Positions 29,133 to 39,543 of a stretch of 64,000 nt of DNA are shown piece by piece; within the stretch, counting starts at the first letter, position 1, and every line of letters begins with the position of its first letter. The stretch comes from Candidatus Altimarinota bacterium (GTDB taxonomy: Bacteria > Patescibacteriota > Gracilibacteria > UBA4473). Made by a program: the position numbers and the translations under genes. A model generated the notes under the pieces. That model made no database searches and had not been told where the DNA came from. It saw only the letters and a list, made by a program, of their open reading frames with translations. The DNA is taken from NCBI GenBank assembly GCA_965231215.1, contig OZ246423.1, positions 704,001 through 768,000 of the forward strand, in the 5' to 3' direction.

Positions 29133-30293
29133 CTAAAGCTTTTTGAGGACACAAATTTCTCTAGCTACAAAAGCTTCATCTCTTTCATAAAAGAAGGATT
29201 TTTGGCCATTAAACATTGGTACAACTTCAAATCCCGCTTTTTGAGCCATTTCAAAAATATCATCAGCAATACTTATTTTTTTTCGCCCCTGGTTCCAAGC
29301 CGGAAGGCAGAATACCATAGAGCTTACGCTTCTAGACGCTCCAATGTGCTTAAAGAAATGTTTCCAAAGAGTGCTTACTTTTTGGGCATTCAATTGGATA
29401 TCTTGGGTAGCAGGGGTTTGAGTAAAGTTTTCACCAAGGTAACCCTCAGTGACAATAACCGGAAAACTTCCAGTAAATGCTTTATGTTGTAATTTTGTTG
29501 CATCACTCACCAAAAATTCGCCCACTTGAGGGTCATATCTAAATTTCTCGGCCATTTGTGCGAAATTTTCGTGGGATTTCTCAACAAAGCGTGGATTGAT
29601 GTCAGAACCAATAGTTTGATACCCCATTATAGCCGCCTCTATGTTGACCGTACCACTACCACAAAAAGGGTCTATGATGGTTTGTGTAATATCGGCTTGA
29701 GACAAATTGATGAGAATTTGAGCGAGTTTTGGAGGGAGCATACCCATATAGGCGTCTCGGAAACTTTTTTGTCGATCTCTAAGCGTATAGTTCCTGAGGT
29801 TTTGGTTGGCGCAGGTTTCGGCTAACAAAAAAGTATTTTCTTTCTGCCAGATAACAAATTCATGACCTTTTTGCAGTAATCTTCGGTCAAAAATTTGGCC
29901 AGAAGTCATGTTTTTGCCCTGATAATTTTCAATCCGAATTTTTCCAAAATGGTCTTTAGTAGCATAGATGATTTCCGAGAGTAAGTTTTTGCCGCCTCCA
30001 TAAACGGTAAAACCTACTTTAAGTTTTGCGTCTTCTGTGAGGCTCTTCCAGACGGCATTGAGGAGTTCTTTTTTGGAGCTAAATTCTCCTAAAATTTTCC
30101 CGAATCGAATGGTTCCTCCTAGTCTATCCAAAAAGAGTTGATGGCGGTCTCTAGGAATATTTCTGGGATTTTCAAACTTTAGATTTTCACCAATAAAGAG
30201 CGATTTTTCAGGATCTATAAAAACTTCATCACAGAAGTTCTTTAACTCTGCTCGGGAAAGTTCAAAATTACGACCAAGGATAAAAAGATACAT
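29133..30293 (-). CDS. Trm11/THUMP-like SAM-dependent RNA methyltransferase
   Basis: FILGRNFELSRAEL, GMLPPKLAQILINL, IDPFCGSGT, VTEGYLG. Confidence 0.85.
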   Translation of the reverse strand: MYLFILGRNFELSRAELKNFCDEVFIDPEKSLFIGENLKFENPRNIPRDRHQLFLDRLGGTIRFGKILGEFSSKKELLNAVWKSLTEDAKLKVGFTVYGGGKNLLSEIIYATKDHFGKIRIENYQGKNMTSGQIFDRRLLQKGHEFVIWQKENTFLLAETCANQNLRNYTLRDRQKSFRDAYMGMLPPKLAQILINLSQADITQTIIDPFCGSGTVNIEAAIMGYQTIGSDINPRFVEKSHENFAQMAEKFRYDPQVGEFLVSDATKLQHKAFTGSFPVIVTEGYLGENFTQTPATQDIQLNAQKVSTLWKHFFKHIGASRSVSSMVFCLPAWNQGRKKISIADDIFEMAQKAGFEVVPMFNGQKSFFYERDEAFVAREICVLKKL

Positions 30294-30379
30294 TGTGTGG
30301 TTCGACACTACTTTTTTTTTCAAAAAGCCAAACTAAATTTGGAAAATACAAAAAACTCGGTATAACTCCTTTAGTTTGA

Positions 30380-30454
30380 GCCGCTTTAGCTCAGTGGTAG
30401 AGCGCACCCATGGTAAGGGTGAGGCCCCGAGTTCAATCCTCGGAAGCGGCTCCA
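30380..30454 (+). tRNA. tRNA-Thr(GGT)
   Basis: Acceptor GCCGCTT/AAGCGGC, anticodon arm CACCC-ATGGTAA-GGGTG, GTTCAAT T-loop, encoded CCA. Confidence 0.96.
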
Positions 30455-30556
30455 TCTTGTTTCACAGCCTCTAGGTTAAGTAGTTTAGATTACTTTGCTG
30501 GTTTTTGATTTTTGAATTTTTGTGTATATTATGGGTGATTGTTAATTTTAAAATTC

Positions 30557-31102
30557 ATGAAAACTTATTGCTGGCTTTCCGTAGCGTTATCCTTTTTTCT
30601 GTTTACAGCTTCGCCTATAGCCTTTGCAGATGCAGAAGAGGATGAAACCACCACTTCCGAAGAAAGAACCGTTCAACTTTCAAACCTTGATGATTCACCA
30701 TATGAGTCTCGAAGATATTTTCACTACCGTCGTGGAAATGATGGCAAAGGATACACGCGGTATGACGGGCGGAGATTTACTACAGGACGAGATGCAGCGG
30801 CGGCGGCTAAATACAGTAAGGGGGCAATAAGAGAACGTCTTAAAATGGCTTTGGGGCTTAAACGAAATTCAAGCCATACTCAAGCCACGGCCGACCACAC
30901 TAACTATTTAGAGGGAGCCGAATATGATCCTCGAAAGTTTTATCACAAAAATAGATTTCAAAAAGGATACACACGATACGAAATCCGTCGCCATTCTAGT
31001 GGAGATTATGTTCGTCGTGGATCTCGATTATTTGAAAACGGAAGAAATAGAGAACCTCTAGATACTTTGGACTACTGGAGAAACTACGGAACCTCTGAGT
31101 AA
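30557..31102 (+). CDS. Secreted Arg/Tyr-rich protein with an internal duplication
   Basis: Signal peptide ending AFA; two KGYTRY-containing repeats. Confidence 0.7.
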   Translation: MKTYCWLSVALSFFLFTASPIAFADAEEDETTTSEERTVQLSNLDDSPYESRRYFHYRRGNDGKGYTRYDGRRFTTGRDAAAAAKYSKGAIRERLKMALGLKRNSSHTQATADHTNYLEGAEYDPRKFYHKNRFQKGYTRYEIRRHSSGDYVRRGSRLFENGRNREPLDTLDYWRNYGTSE

Positions 31103-31259
31103 GTAATTGGAGAGGTTTCATTTTGCTTTAGGCCGAAACTTTTCCTTTATTAAGTTTTACTTCCTCCTAAAAGCACCTTCGGTTTTTTGTTTTTGGACGG
31201 TTAAATTATTATAAAAATCTCGTGACTTTTGCAGCGGGGTTTTTATCATCTGGATACTG

Positions 31260-32240
31260 ATGAAGAAGATTCTTATTACTGGTGGTGCAGGGTTTATAGG
31301 GAGCAATTTTGTGCGGCATATTTTACAAAATCGAGAGTATGAAATTGTAAACCTAGATAAGCTCACTTACGCTGGAAACTTGGAAAACTTGAGAGAAATT
31401 CAAGACGAGCCAAACTACAAATTTGTAAAAGGATGTATTGCTGATAAGGCCTTTATGCGAGATTTATTTGAGACAGAAAGATTTGATGGAGTTATTAATT
31501 TTGCCGCAGAAACCCATGTAGATAGATCTATTGAAGATTCTTCCCCCTTCATTGATACCAACATTGTGGGGACGCACGTTTTGCTGGAACTTGCCCGTGA
31601 ATTTGAATGTGCCAAATATCACCAAGTTTCTACCGATGAAGTGTATGGAGATCTGGGAGATGGGTCTACTCATTATTTTACTGAAAACACCCCCCTAAAC
31701 CCAAATTGTCCGTATGCAGCAGCCAAAACTTCAGGCGATATTTTGGTTCAATCTTGGCAAGAAACTTATAAAATGCACACCATCATTACCCGATGTTCTA
31801 ATAACTACGGCCCCTATCAGTTTCCAGAAAAATTGATCCCATTTTTTCTGTTTAAAGCCATGAATGATGAAGTTTTACCCCTTTATGGAGATGGGCAAAA
31901 TATTCGAGACTGGCTGTATGTACTCGATCATTGTGAGGCTATCTTGCTGGCGTTTGAAAAAAGCCCAGCCGGAGAAATCTGGAACATTGGAGGCCATAAT
32001 GAAAAAACCAATTTAGAAATTGTAGATCTAATACTCAAAAATGTGCCCGCCTCTAAATCAGAGATTACTTTTGTTGAAGATCGAAAAGCCCATGATAGAA
32101 GGTACGCGATGGATGCTAGTAAGATAGAACGCGAACTGGGATGGATGCCTAAACACACCTTTGAAGAAGCCCTGCCAAAAACTATTGAATGGTATTTGGC
32201 GAATCGTGAGTGGGTAGAAACTTGTCGCCAAAAAGTTTAA
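31260..32240 (+). CDS. rfbB: dTDP-glucose 4,6-dehydratase
   Basis: GGAGFIG, AAETHVDRS, STDEVYG, YAAAK, NNYGPYQFPEKLIP. Confidence 0.96.
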   Translation: MKKILITGGAGFIGSNFVRHILQNREYEIVNLDKLTYAGNLENLREIQDEPNYKFVKGCIADKAFMRDLFETERFDGVINFAAETHVDRSIEDSSPFIDTNIVGTHVLLELAREFECAKYHQVSTDEVYGDLGDGSTHYFTENTPLNPNCPYAAAKTSGDILVQSWQETYKMHTIITRCSNNYGPYQFPEKLIPFFLFKAMNDEVLPLYGDGQNIRDWLYVLDHCEAILLAFEKSPAGEIWNIGGHNEKTNLEIVDLILKNVPASKSEITFVEDRKAHDRRYAMDASKIERELGWMPKHTFEEALPKTIEWYLANREWVETCRQKV

Positions 32241-32250
32241 TTAAAATTTA

Positions 32251-32565
32251 TTGAAAATGACCCAAATTCAAGATCTTCAAAAGTTCGTAAAAGACTTTCA
32301 ACGGGCTCGAGGCTGGGAGGTTTTTACACCAGAAAACACCGCTCGAGCCTTGCTCGTCGAAGCGGCGGAATTGCAGGAACTATTTCTCTGGAAAGATGGT
32401 GAAGGGTCTTCTGATTTTGTGAAAAAAAATCACGAAGAAGTGGCTGATGAAGTCGCGGATATTTTTGCGTATTTGCTGACTTTTTGTGATGTTACCGAGA
32501 TTGACCTCGAGAAAGCATTGCGTCATAAAATGGCAAAAAATGAACTAAGATTTTCCAAAGAATAA
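32251..32565 (+). CDS. MazG-like nucleotide pyrophosphohydrolase
   Basis: RGW..EAAELQELF..DEVADIF..KMAKN. Confidence 0.88.
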   Translation: MKMTQIQDLQKFVKDFQRARGWEVFTPENTARALLVEAAELQELFLWKDGEGSSDFVKKNHEEVADEVADIFAYLLTFCDVTEIDLEKALRHKMAKNELRFSKE

Positions 32566-33914
32566 TGGCCAAAGCAAAAACTCAATACGTCTGTAGCGAA
32601 TGTGGTGATAGTTTTCCCCAATGGTTTGGGAAGTGTCCAAGCTGTGGGGCCTTCAATACACTTAAAGCCTTTCGGGAAGCCAAAGTAAATACTTCCACTG
32701 GGAAAAAACTCTCAGCAGGGGTAGATCTAATAGATCAAAAACAAGACAAAAAATCTTCAAATCTAAAAAGAATCAAAACCAACATCGATGAAATAAACAG
32801 AGTTTTAGGAGGGGGATTTTTTCCAGGAAGTGTCACTCTTTTTGGTGGCCATCCAGGGATTGGAAAATCTACACTGGCACTGCAGACCTTTTTACAGTTA
32901 GAGAACGCTTTTTACTTTTCCGGGGAAGAAAGCCAAGACCAAGTGCTAAGCCGCGCTCAACGGATTGATCCTCAAGCCAAAGAGCTGAAAGTTTTTTCTA
33001 CCAATGCTTTGGAAGATATCATTACAACGGTTCAGACTCATAATCCAGCGTTTGTGGTAATTGATTCCATTCAGATGGTGGGGTTACAAGAAACTAATTT
33101 TGGATCAGTTTCACAGATTCGAGAAAATGCTGAGGTTTTGATAAAACTCGCAAAATCTACAGGAACCACAATCCTCTTGATAGGACATGTCACCAAAAAT
33201 GATGAACTGGCTGGACCCAAAATTTTAGAGCATTTAGTGGACGTGGTTTTATATTTAGAAGGCGAGAGAACTTCAGATCTAAGGATTTTACGAACGACTA
33301 AAAACCGGTTTGGTTCCACGCTGGAGGTGGGCGTATTTGAAATGCGATCAGAAGGGCTTTCTGAACTCAAAAATCCATCAGAATTTTTTTTGGCAGAGAG
33401 AGCTCAAGAAGCCTTTGGCTCAGTGATTACCGTTGTAAGAGATGGAGCCAGAAATTTCCTATTAGAGCTGCAGGTTTTAACCGTAAAAACCAACTTTGGA
33501 CAACCCCGGCGAACGGCTCGTGGGGTTGATTTAAACAAATTTCATTTATTACTGGCGGTCATCTCTAAATTGACTCCATTTCCCTGTGAAAATTTTGATG
33601 CCTACCTCAATATTATTGGAGGCTTACGTATACAAGATCCAGCCTCAGATTTGGCCGTTATAGCGGCAGTGTTAAGTTCGCGTGCTGAAAAAGAAATCTC
33701 CGCCAGTACTGTTGTCTTTGGCGAAGTGGGGCTATCGGGAGAAGTACGGCATGTTCCAGGTATTGATTCTCGGATTACCGAATGTGCGAAACTGGGATTC
33801 AAAACGGTTATTTGCCCCAAATTGCCGAAAGGTTTCAAGGCTCCAAATGACGTAAAAATAATAGAGGTGAAACATATCGGAGAATGTTTAAAATACCTTT
33901 TGAAAGATGCATAG
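32565..33914 (+). CDS. radA: DNA repair protein RadA
   Basis: C4 zinc finger, GHPGIGKST, KNRFG, GEVGLSGE. Confidence 0.96.
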   Translation: MAKAKTQYVCSECGDSFPQWFGKCPSCGAFNTLKAFREAKVNTSTGKKLSAGVDLIDQKQDKKSSNLKRIKTNIDEINRVLGGGFFPGSVTLFGGHPGIGKSTLALQTFLQLENAFYFSGEESQDQVLSRAQRIDPQAKELKVFSTNALEDIITTVQTHNPAFVVIDSIQMVGLQETNFGSVSQIRENAEVLIKLAKSTGTTILLIGHVTKNDELAGPKILEHLVDVVLYLEGERTSDLRILRTTKNRFGSTLEVGVFEMRSEGLSELKNPSEFFLAERAQEAFGSVITVVRDGARNFLLELQVLTVKTNFGQPRRTARGVDLNKFHLLLAVISKLTPFPCENFDAYLNIIGGLRIQDPASDLAVIAAVLSSRAEKEISASTVVFGEVGLSGEVRHVPGIDSRITECAKLGFKTVICPKLPKGFKAPNDVKIIEVKHIGECLKYLLKDA

Positions 33915-34659
33915 AAAAATAGAAGATTTTAATACTCATGATGAACTGGTCGCTCATCGAAAAAGCCTTTTTGGTAAATATGAGGCATACGTGCCAGAAT
34001 TTGTCTATGGAGGAATAGACGGAGCCGTCACAACTTTCGCGGTGGTGGCAGCCAGTGCCGGGGCAGAGCTAAGCGCGGGAATTGTTTTGATTTTAGGTAT
34101 TTCCAATATGCTGGCCGATGGATTTTCTATGTCGGTGGGGAGTTTTTTATCCACTAAGTCTGAAGCTGAAAATTATGAAAATATCAAGGCTGAAGAGTAC
34201 AAAGAAACTGAAATTTTTCCTGCAGAGGAAAGAGAAGAAATCCGTAGAATTTACCGATCCAAAGGGTTTGAAGGAAAAATACTGGAAGACATTGTAACCC
34301 ACATTATCTCCAATAAAGATCTTTGGGTTGAAGAGATGATGATTGGTGAACACGGAATGATTAAAGAAGAAAAAGACCCAAAAATAAATGGTTTTATGAC
34401 CTTTCTGGCTTTTTGTGTGTTAGGTTCTGTGCCGATTGCTCCTTATGCGTATAGTTTTGTATCTGGAAACGAAATTCAAAACAAATTTGTTATTGCTTGT
34501 GTGTGCACTGGTATTGCTTTTGGGCTTATTGGATACATGAAAGGGATAGTAAACAATACCAATAAAGGCCGAGCTATACTAGAAACTCTACTCCTTGGAG
34601 GTATTGCGGCAGGAGTGGCTTATTTTGTGGGGGACTGGTTGGAAAAAATTATCCTTTAA
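33907..34659 (+). CDS. VIT1/CCC1 Fe/Mn transporter
   Basis: VYGGIDGAVTTFAVV, ADGFSM. Confidence 0.92.
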   Translation: MHRKIEDFNTHDELVAHRKSLFGKYEAYVPEFVYGGIDGAVTTFAVVAASAGAELSAGIVLILGISNMLADGFSMSVGSFLSTKSEAENYENIKAEEYKETEIFPAEEREEIRRIYRSKGFEGKILEDIVTHIISNKDLWVEEMMIGEHGMIKEEKDPKINGFMTFLAFCVLGSVPIAPYAYSFVSGNEIQNKFVIACVCTGIAFGLIGYMKGIVNNTNKGRAILETLLLGGIAAGVAYFVGDWLEKIIL

Positions 34660-34724
34660 AGTCCTAAAAACTTTAAGGCCTTAAACTTCTGGTTTTTGAG
34701 TCTTTTGAGCTTTGCTGTTTTTTA

Positions 34725-35159
34725 CTACAAGTGGTCTTTTCCTTTAAACAAAAATTCTTGGTAGTCAGCTAGGTCGTCCCATTTTTCTGCAGCTGCAAGT
34801 TTAGCTTGTTTAGGCCAAGTGCGAGGCTCATGCATTTGGAATTTTGGTCCAGCAGCCTTGAGTATTTTAGTCAGCTTGGCATTGGTTGAGGCGGCTAAAT
34901 CCGCATAAGATTTAATGCCTTCTTTGTTAAGGAGTTCTTGGATTTTTGGGCCAATACCCTCAATAATAGTGAGATCATCTTTCCGATAGACTTTCGTTTT
35001 AGAGTTTTTATGCGATACGATGACTTCGGTTTCTTCTTCCTGCATTTCAGCAAAAACCCAACGGAATAGATATCCCAAAATAAAAGCCCCCAGAAGCATA
35101 ATCATAATTTCTAGCGAAGCGTTAATTCCGTCATAATTTTGTGTGATGTTGTGAAACAT
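34725..35159 (-). CDS. DUF4332-like helix-hairpin-helix protein with N-terminal TM
   Basis: DDLTIIEGIGPKI..TWPKQAKLAA. Confidence 0.8.
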   Translation of the reverse strand: MFHNITQNYDGINASLEIMIMLLGAFILGYLFRWVFAEMQEEETEVIVSHKNSKTKVYRKDDLTIIEGIGPKIQELLNKEGIKSYADLAASTNAKLTKILKAAGPKFQMHEPRTWPKQAKLAAAEKWDDLADYQEFLFKGKDHL

Positions 35160-35183
35160 AATTTAAAGGTATTAAAGATTATT

Positions 35184-35693
35184 TTAAGAGCCGCAGACTA
35201 TTTCATTAATTTTGTTACGGGTGGTTTCGTATATAAAACCAGTGGCATGTCCAAGTCCCCAAGGAGCTAGAATTTCATCATAGTGTTCCATTTGGAACCG
35301 TCGTATTATGGCTTTGTCATTGTCTCCGTAGTATCCATCGACAATAACATTTCCGTCAAGATAAGTATTGATAAATTCTTCAAGACGAAGGCTTTGTTTA
35401 TAGTTATTTACTTGGTGTCGCCGAATAGTAGCGTATAGATAAACTCCATCTTCACAGTGTTCACTTAAATCTGGCATGATAACCTCATTAAAAGGCTCAG
35501 GTTCCGGTTCGGTTGGGGGTGGTTTTTCAATGGTTTTCTTTTTTGGAGGGTTGGCTTTTATCGGCTTGGGGGCTTCTATTTGAGTTTTTTTGATTCCACA
35601 AAAGCCTTTGATATCACAGGTATACCAATGCCAGCTAACCATTCCCCAGATCAAGGCTCCTACAATGAGCAAAATTTTGGCGCCACTATTCAT
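35184..35693 (-). CDS. Membrane-anchored peptidoglycan-binding-domain protein
   Basis: TM, Pro-rich linker, VDGYYG..AIIRRFQ..TGFIYETTR. Confidence 0.7.
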   Translation of the reverse strand: MNSGAKILLIVGALIWGMVSWHWYTCDIKGFCGIKKTQIEAPKPIKANPPKKKTIEKPPPTEPEPEPFNEVIMPDLSEHCEDGVYLYATIRRHQVNNYKQSLRLEEFINTYLDGNVIVDGYYGDNDKAIIRRFQMEHYDEILAPWGLGHATGFIYETTRNKINEIVCGS

Positions 35694-35752
35694 ACAAAAA
35701 AAATATTATCTTTTATAATACTTTATACTATACAAAAAATTTTGGGCAAATT

Positions 35753-36046
35753 TTATTTTCCTAAACTATCTCTTAGTGCTTTTGTAAAGCGCTTGAATTC
35801 TTCTTTTTTTGATGTTGGAATTTCACGCCAATCACAATCTCTAATCGCGCCTTCAATGGCATAAAGGTAGCAGGCATTGAGACAATGAACCTGAGGGCTC
35901 GATTCCCAAAGGCGTAAAAAGGCTTCTTTAGTGCCATATTTTTTTAGTTTTTCGGGGGTATCAATGCTGGCTTTCACCATTTGAGTAGCACAGACCGGTC
36001 CGATATTCCGGAGTGTTTTCATGCGTTGGATGGCTTTTTGATTCAT
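35753..36046 (-). CDS. TfoX/Sxy C-terminal domain protein
   Basis: LRNIGP..IDTPEKL..LYAIEGAI..W. Confidence 0.85.
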   Translation of the reverse strand: MNQKAIQRMKTLRNIGPVCATQMVKASIDTPEKLKKYGTKEAFLRLWESSPQVHCLNACYLYAIEGAIRDCDWREIPTSKKEEFKRFTKALRDSLGK

Positions 36047-36831
36047 TTTTTAACATAATAATCAGCAGAGACCGTTCCGCAAAATCTATCCCAAAACATA
36101 AAAAAATACCCAAAATTACCGTTATTTTTAGTATGATGGATGTGATGAGCCGAAGCCGTTAAAATAAAACCTCGAATATATTTTTCGGGTAGTATTTCGT
36201 ATTCTAAGTGGCCATAAATATTCCAGAAAATAGTAAAAATAAAAAAGAAAAATAAGGCTTCAAAATGCACCCCCCCAACTAAAAAACTAGCCCCTAAAAA
36301 GTAAAATATAGCAAAAGAAGCATTTATAACAGTATCCAGAAAGTCAAAATTATAACTACTCCATAAGTTTGGATTAATACTGGCATGGTGAATATGATGA
36401 ATTTTCCCAAAGAGGTTTTTGTGGTGTGTCATACGGTGTACCCAATAAAAGTAAGTATCATACAAAACAAGAATGATTAAAAATTGGATCATTAATACAG
36501 GCCATGAAGGAGGATTCCAAAGTTCAATCCAGTCAAAGGAGTACATCGCCCAGATAGCTGGCATAAAGACGAGGGGGATAGTTAAAACGGTTATCCAAAA
36601 GTGGTTCAGTTCAATGTTCTTTTGTTGTTTCGATGGAGCCTTTCCAATTTTTTGAGATTTGAAGTAAGGTTGAAGAACGCATTGAGTCAAAACCCAAAAA
36701 AAAATGACAAAACTCAAGACAATCAAAAAATGTTGAATATCAATTATAAACACGGTTTTCCAGAATCCAGAGTTGAGCAGTTCTCTAAATTCAAAAGCAT
36801 TAGTAGGCATTTTTTTAGCTGAGTTTAGCAA
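36043..36831 (-). CDS. Sterol desaturase / fatty acid hydroxylase family protein
   Basis: His boxes YWVHRMTHH, IHHIHH, NIYGH, AHHIHH; NFG..WDRFCGT; start may be 36810. Confidence 0.88.
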   Translation of the reverse strand: MLNSAKKMPTNAFEFRELLNSGFWKTVFIIDIQHFLIVLSFVIFFWVLTQCVLQPYFKSQKIGKAPSKQQKNIELNHFWITVLTIPLVFMPAIWAMYSFDWIELWNPPSWPVLMIQFLIILVLYDTYFYWVHRMTHHKNLFGKIHHIHHASINPNLWSSYNFDFLDTVINASFAIFYFLGASFLVGGVHFEALFFFFIFTIFWNIYGHLEYEILPEKYIRGFILTASAHHIHHTKNNGNFGYFFMFWDRFCGTVSADYYVKK

Positions 36832-39466
36832 GTTTAGCTTTGGTTTCTTCTAGTTCATCCCTGGTTTGTTGAACCAGGTGTGGAGGGGCTTTTTCCGTGT
36901 AATCAGTATTAGAAAGTCTCCCCTCTAGCGCGGTAATAGATTTTTTGAGAGCTTCAATGGCTTTGATTTGCCGATTTTTATCCACTGGAATTTCTACATT
37001 TAACGCTAGATTCCCTTCAATAATTTGAGCCGCATTTTTACTGGTTTGGCCAAAATTTAGCCCCGCTAAAACTTCAATTAATTTTTGAGTTTCGGTATCT
37101 TCGATATTGCCTGAGACCATAAGTTTTTCTTTTGGATTGAGTTTGTTATCGGCGCGAAGTGACCGAATTTGAGTAATCACATTCTGGAGCATTTCAAAGG
37201 ACTTTTCAGCTGTTTCATCTTTGAAATTGAGTTCAGGGTACTCGCTTTGGATAAGCATTTTGTAGCCGAGTTCCTGCCATAGTTTTTCCGTAACAAATGG
37301 GCAGAGAGGATGGGTGAGTTTTAGAATTTCTTTTAGCACAAAGTTCAAAATTGTCGGATTAGATTGCACCTTGTTCGCCTCTAGATACCAATCACAAAAT
37401 TCTCCCCAGACAAAGTGATAGATTTTGTCTCCAGCCGCAGAAATGTCATATTTTTCTAAGTGGTCAGAAACTTCATTCGATACGTGTGAGAGCCTCGAAA
37501 GAATCCACCTATCGGCAAGAGATTCAGGCATAACAGTGTCCGAAATTTCCTTGCCTTCTGTCTGCATTTGTACGAATCGTGTAGCGTTCCAGAGCTTATT
37601 CACGAAGTTTCGATATCCTTTGATTTTGTTCCTCCCAATAGGAATTTTTTGTCCTGGAGTCGATCCGATAACCAAAGCCAAACGTACAGGATCAGCTCCG
37701 TATTCTGAAATCATCTCAAGTGGATCAATCCCATTGCCTTTAGATTTAGACATTTTTTTGCCGTGCTCATCGGTGACCATTCCATGAAGATACACGGTGT
37801 GGAATGGGTATTTTCCAGTAGCGTAACGTCCGAACATAATCATTCGAAGTACCCAAAAGGTTAAAATATCCCAACCGGTTTCGAGTACGTCAGTTGGGTA
37901 AAATTTTTGGAAATCAGGAGTATTTTCATTCGGCCAGCCCAAAGTTGAAAACGGCCATAAAGCCGAACTAAACCAGGTATCTAAAGTATCTTCATCCTGG
38001 CGCAGATTGAGTGTTTCTTGTTCTGGTGTTAGAAATCCTGTGGCGACGATATTGTCGTTTTCATCATACCAAACTGGGATTCGGTGTCCCCACCAGATTT
38101 GACGTGAAATACACCAGTCTTGGAGATTGTCTGTCCATTGAAAATAACCTTTTTCAAAACGTTTGGGAATAATATTTACATCCTCATTTTTAACCGCATC
38201 AGCGGTTAGCTTGCAAAGTGTTGTTGTTTCTCCGGTGTGTTTATCGGTAAATTCTTTATTAACCATTACAAACCACTGTGGAGAAATCATGGGTTCTACC
38301 ACGCATCCAGATCTATAACAGAGTGGTGTTCTGTGGGTGTAGTCTTTCTCAACTCCCACCAGCAACCCCATGTCTTCCATGCATTTTCCAGATTTTTTCC
38401 GGGCTTCTTCTACACTTAGGCCTTCGCAAGGTCCGGCAACGGAGGTCATTTTCCCTTTAAAATCAATCTTTTGGATAAAGGTTTCATCCAGACCTTTTCG
38501 TTTGGCCAGATCATAATCGTCGGCAGAATGTGAAGATGAAATGGTCATAGCGCCGGCGCCTTTTTCTGGATCAATTACCTCGTCGGCTATTACATAAAAA
38601 GATCTTTTGGCCGCGTAAGTACCGTACTCAAATTTAGTCCCCTCTAGGTCTTTACCAGTAAAAGTGTCTACCACTTCATACTCCGCCTCCGGATCAAGGA
38701 AGTTGAGGGTCTTAAAAAACTTTTCTTTATCGTTCCAGAGGTTTTCAATCACCATCAAGGTTTCATCCCCAAATTTGATTCGATGATATTTTGATTCTGG
38801 ATGAACCACTAGGGGACTATCGGCACACTTGGTTTCAGGACGCACGGTTCCGATCACAAATTCACCACATCGGATGTAGTAGAAAGGCTCTTTCACTTCT
38901 TCCCACTCAAGCTCATCATCTGATAACACTGATTGGGCCCCTACAGACCAGTTGATGAGTCGGTGTCCTCGCTCAATAAGCCCATCATCATACAACTTTT
39001 TAAAGATGTAATTTACCGCATAATTTCGTTTTTCATCAAAGGTATAGGCCTCCCGCGACCAGTCCAGCCACGATCCCATTTTTTTCATTTGATTGATGAT
39101 GTTGTCGTGTTTTTCATTTGCAAAAATTCGACAGTCATCCAGAAACGCTTCACGGTTTGGCCACTCTTCCCTAGATTTTTTTCCGTGATGTTTAATCACC
39201 ACATTTTCGGTGGCGATAGCGGCATGATCTGTTCCAGGAAGCCAAAGGACTTCATGCCCTTTCATGGCTTTGTATCGAGTCAAAATATCTTCAATAGCCA
39301 GCATTGCGGCGTGACCTAAATGGAGATTTCCTGTTACATTTGGAGGAGGCAATGGGATAGCAAACGGAGGTTTCTCTGAATTGGGGTTAGCCGTCATCGC
39401 TCCACTTTGTGCCCAGGTGGCGTAGATTTTATCTTCAGAGGATATATGATCGTAGGCTTTGTCCAT
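36815..39466 (-). CDS. valS: Valine--tRNA ligase
   Basis: PPPNVTGNLHLGH, DWCISRQIWWGH, KMSKS; C-terminal coiled coil. Confidence 0.98.
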   Translation of the reverse strand: MDKAYDHISSEDKIYATWAQSGAMTANPNSEKPPFAIPLPPPNVTGNLHLGHAAMLAIEDILTRYKAMKGHEVLWLPGTDHAAIATENVVIKHHGKKSREEWPNREAFLDDCRIFANEKHDNIINQMKKMGSWLDWSREAYTFDEKRNYAVNYIFKKLYDDGLIERGHRLINWSVGAQSVLSDDELEWEEVKEPFYYIRCGEFVIGTVRPETKCADSPLVVHPESKYHRIKFGDETLMVIENLWNDKEKFFKTLNFLDPEAEYEVVDTFTGKDLEGTKFEYGTYAAKRSFYVIADEVIDPEKGAGAMTISSSHSADDYDLAKRKGLDETFIQKIDFKGKMTSVAGPCEGLSVEEARKKSGKCMEDMGLLVGVEKDYTHRTPLCYRSGCVVEPMISPQWFVMVNKEFTDKHTGETTTLCKLTADAVKNEDVNIIPKRFEKGYFQWTDNLQDWCISRQIWWGHRIPVWYDENDNIVATGFLTPEQETLNLRQDEDTLDTWFSSALWPFSTLGWPNENTPDFQKFYPTDVLETGWDILTFWVLRMIMFGRYATGKYPFHTVYLHGMVTDEHGKKMSKSKGNGIDPLEMISEYGADPVRLALVIGSTPGQKIPIGRNKIKGYRNFVNKLWNATRFVQMQTEGKEISDTVMPESLADRWILSRLSHVSNEVSDHLEKYDISAAGDKIYHFVWGEFCDWYLEANKVQSNPTILNFVLKEILKLTHPLCPFVTEKLWQELGYKMLIQSEYPELNFKDETAEKSFEMLQNVITQIRSLRADNKLNPKEKLMVSGNIEDTETQKLIEVLAGLNFGQTSKNAAQIIEGNLALNVEIPVDKNRQIKAIEALKKSITALEGRLSNTDYTEKAPPHLVQQTRDELEETKAKLAKLS

Positions 39467-39491
39467 GGATTATTTTTAATAGGTATATTAT

Positions 39492-39517
39492 AAAAAACTC
39501 GCTAAAATACAGCGAGC
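39492..39517 (-). terminator. Attenuator terminator in the valS leader
   Basis: GCUCGCU-guauuuu-AGCGAGU followed by a U-tract, about 25 nt before the valS ATG. Confidence 0.8.
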
Positions 39518-39543
39518 TAAATGGGGGGAAAACTCGCTTTGAT

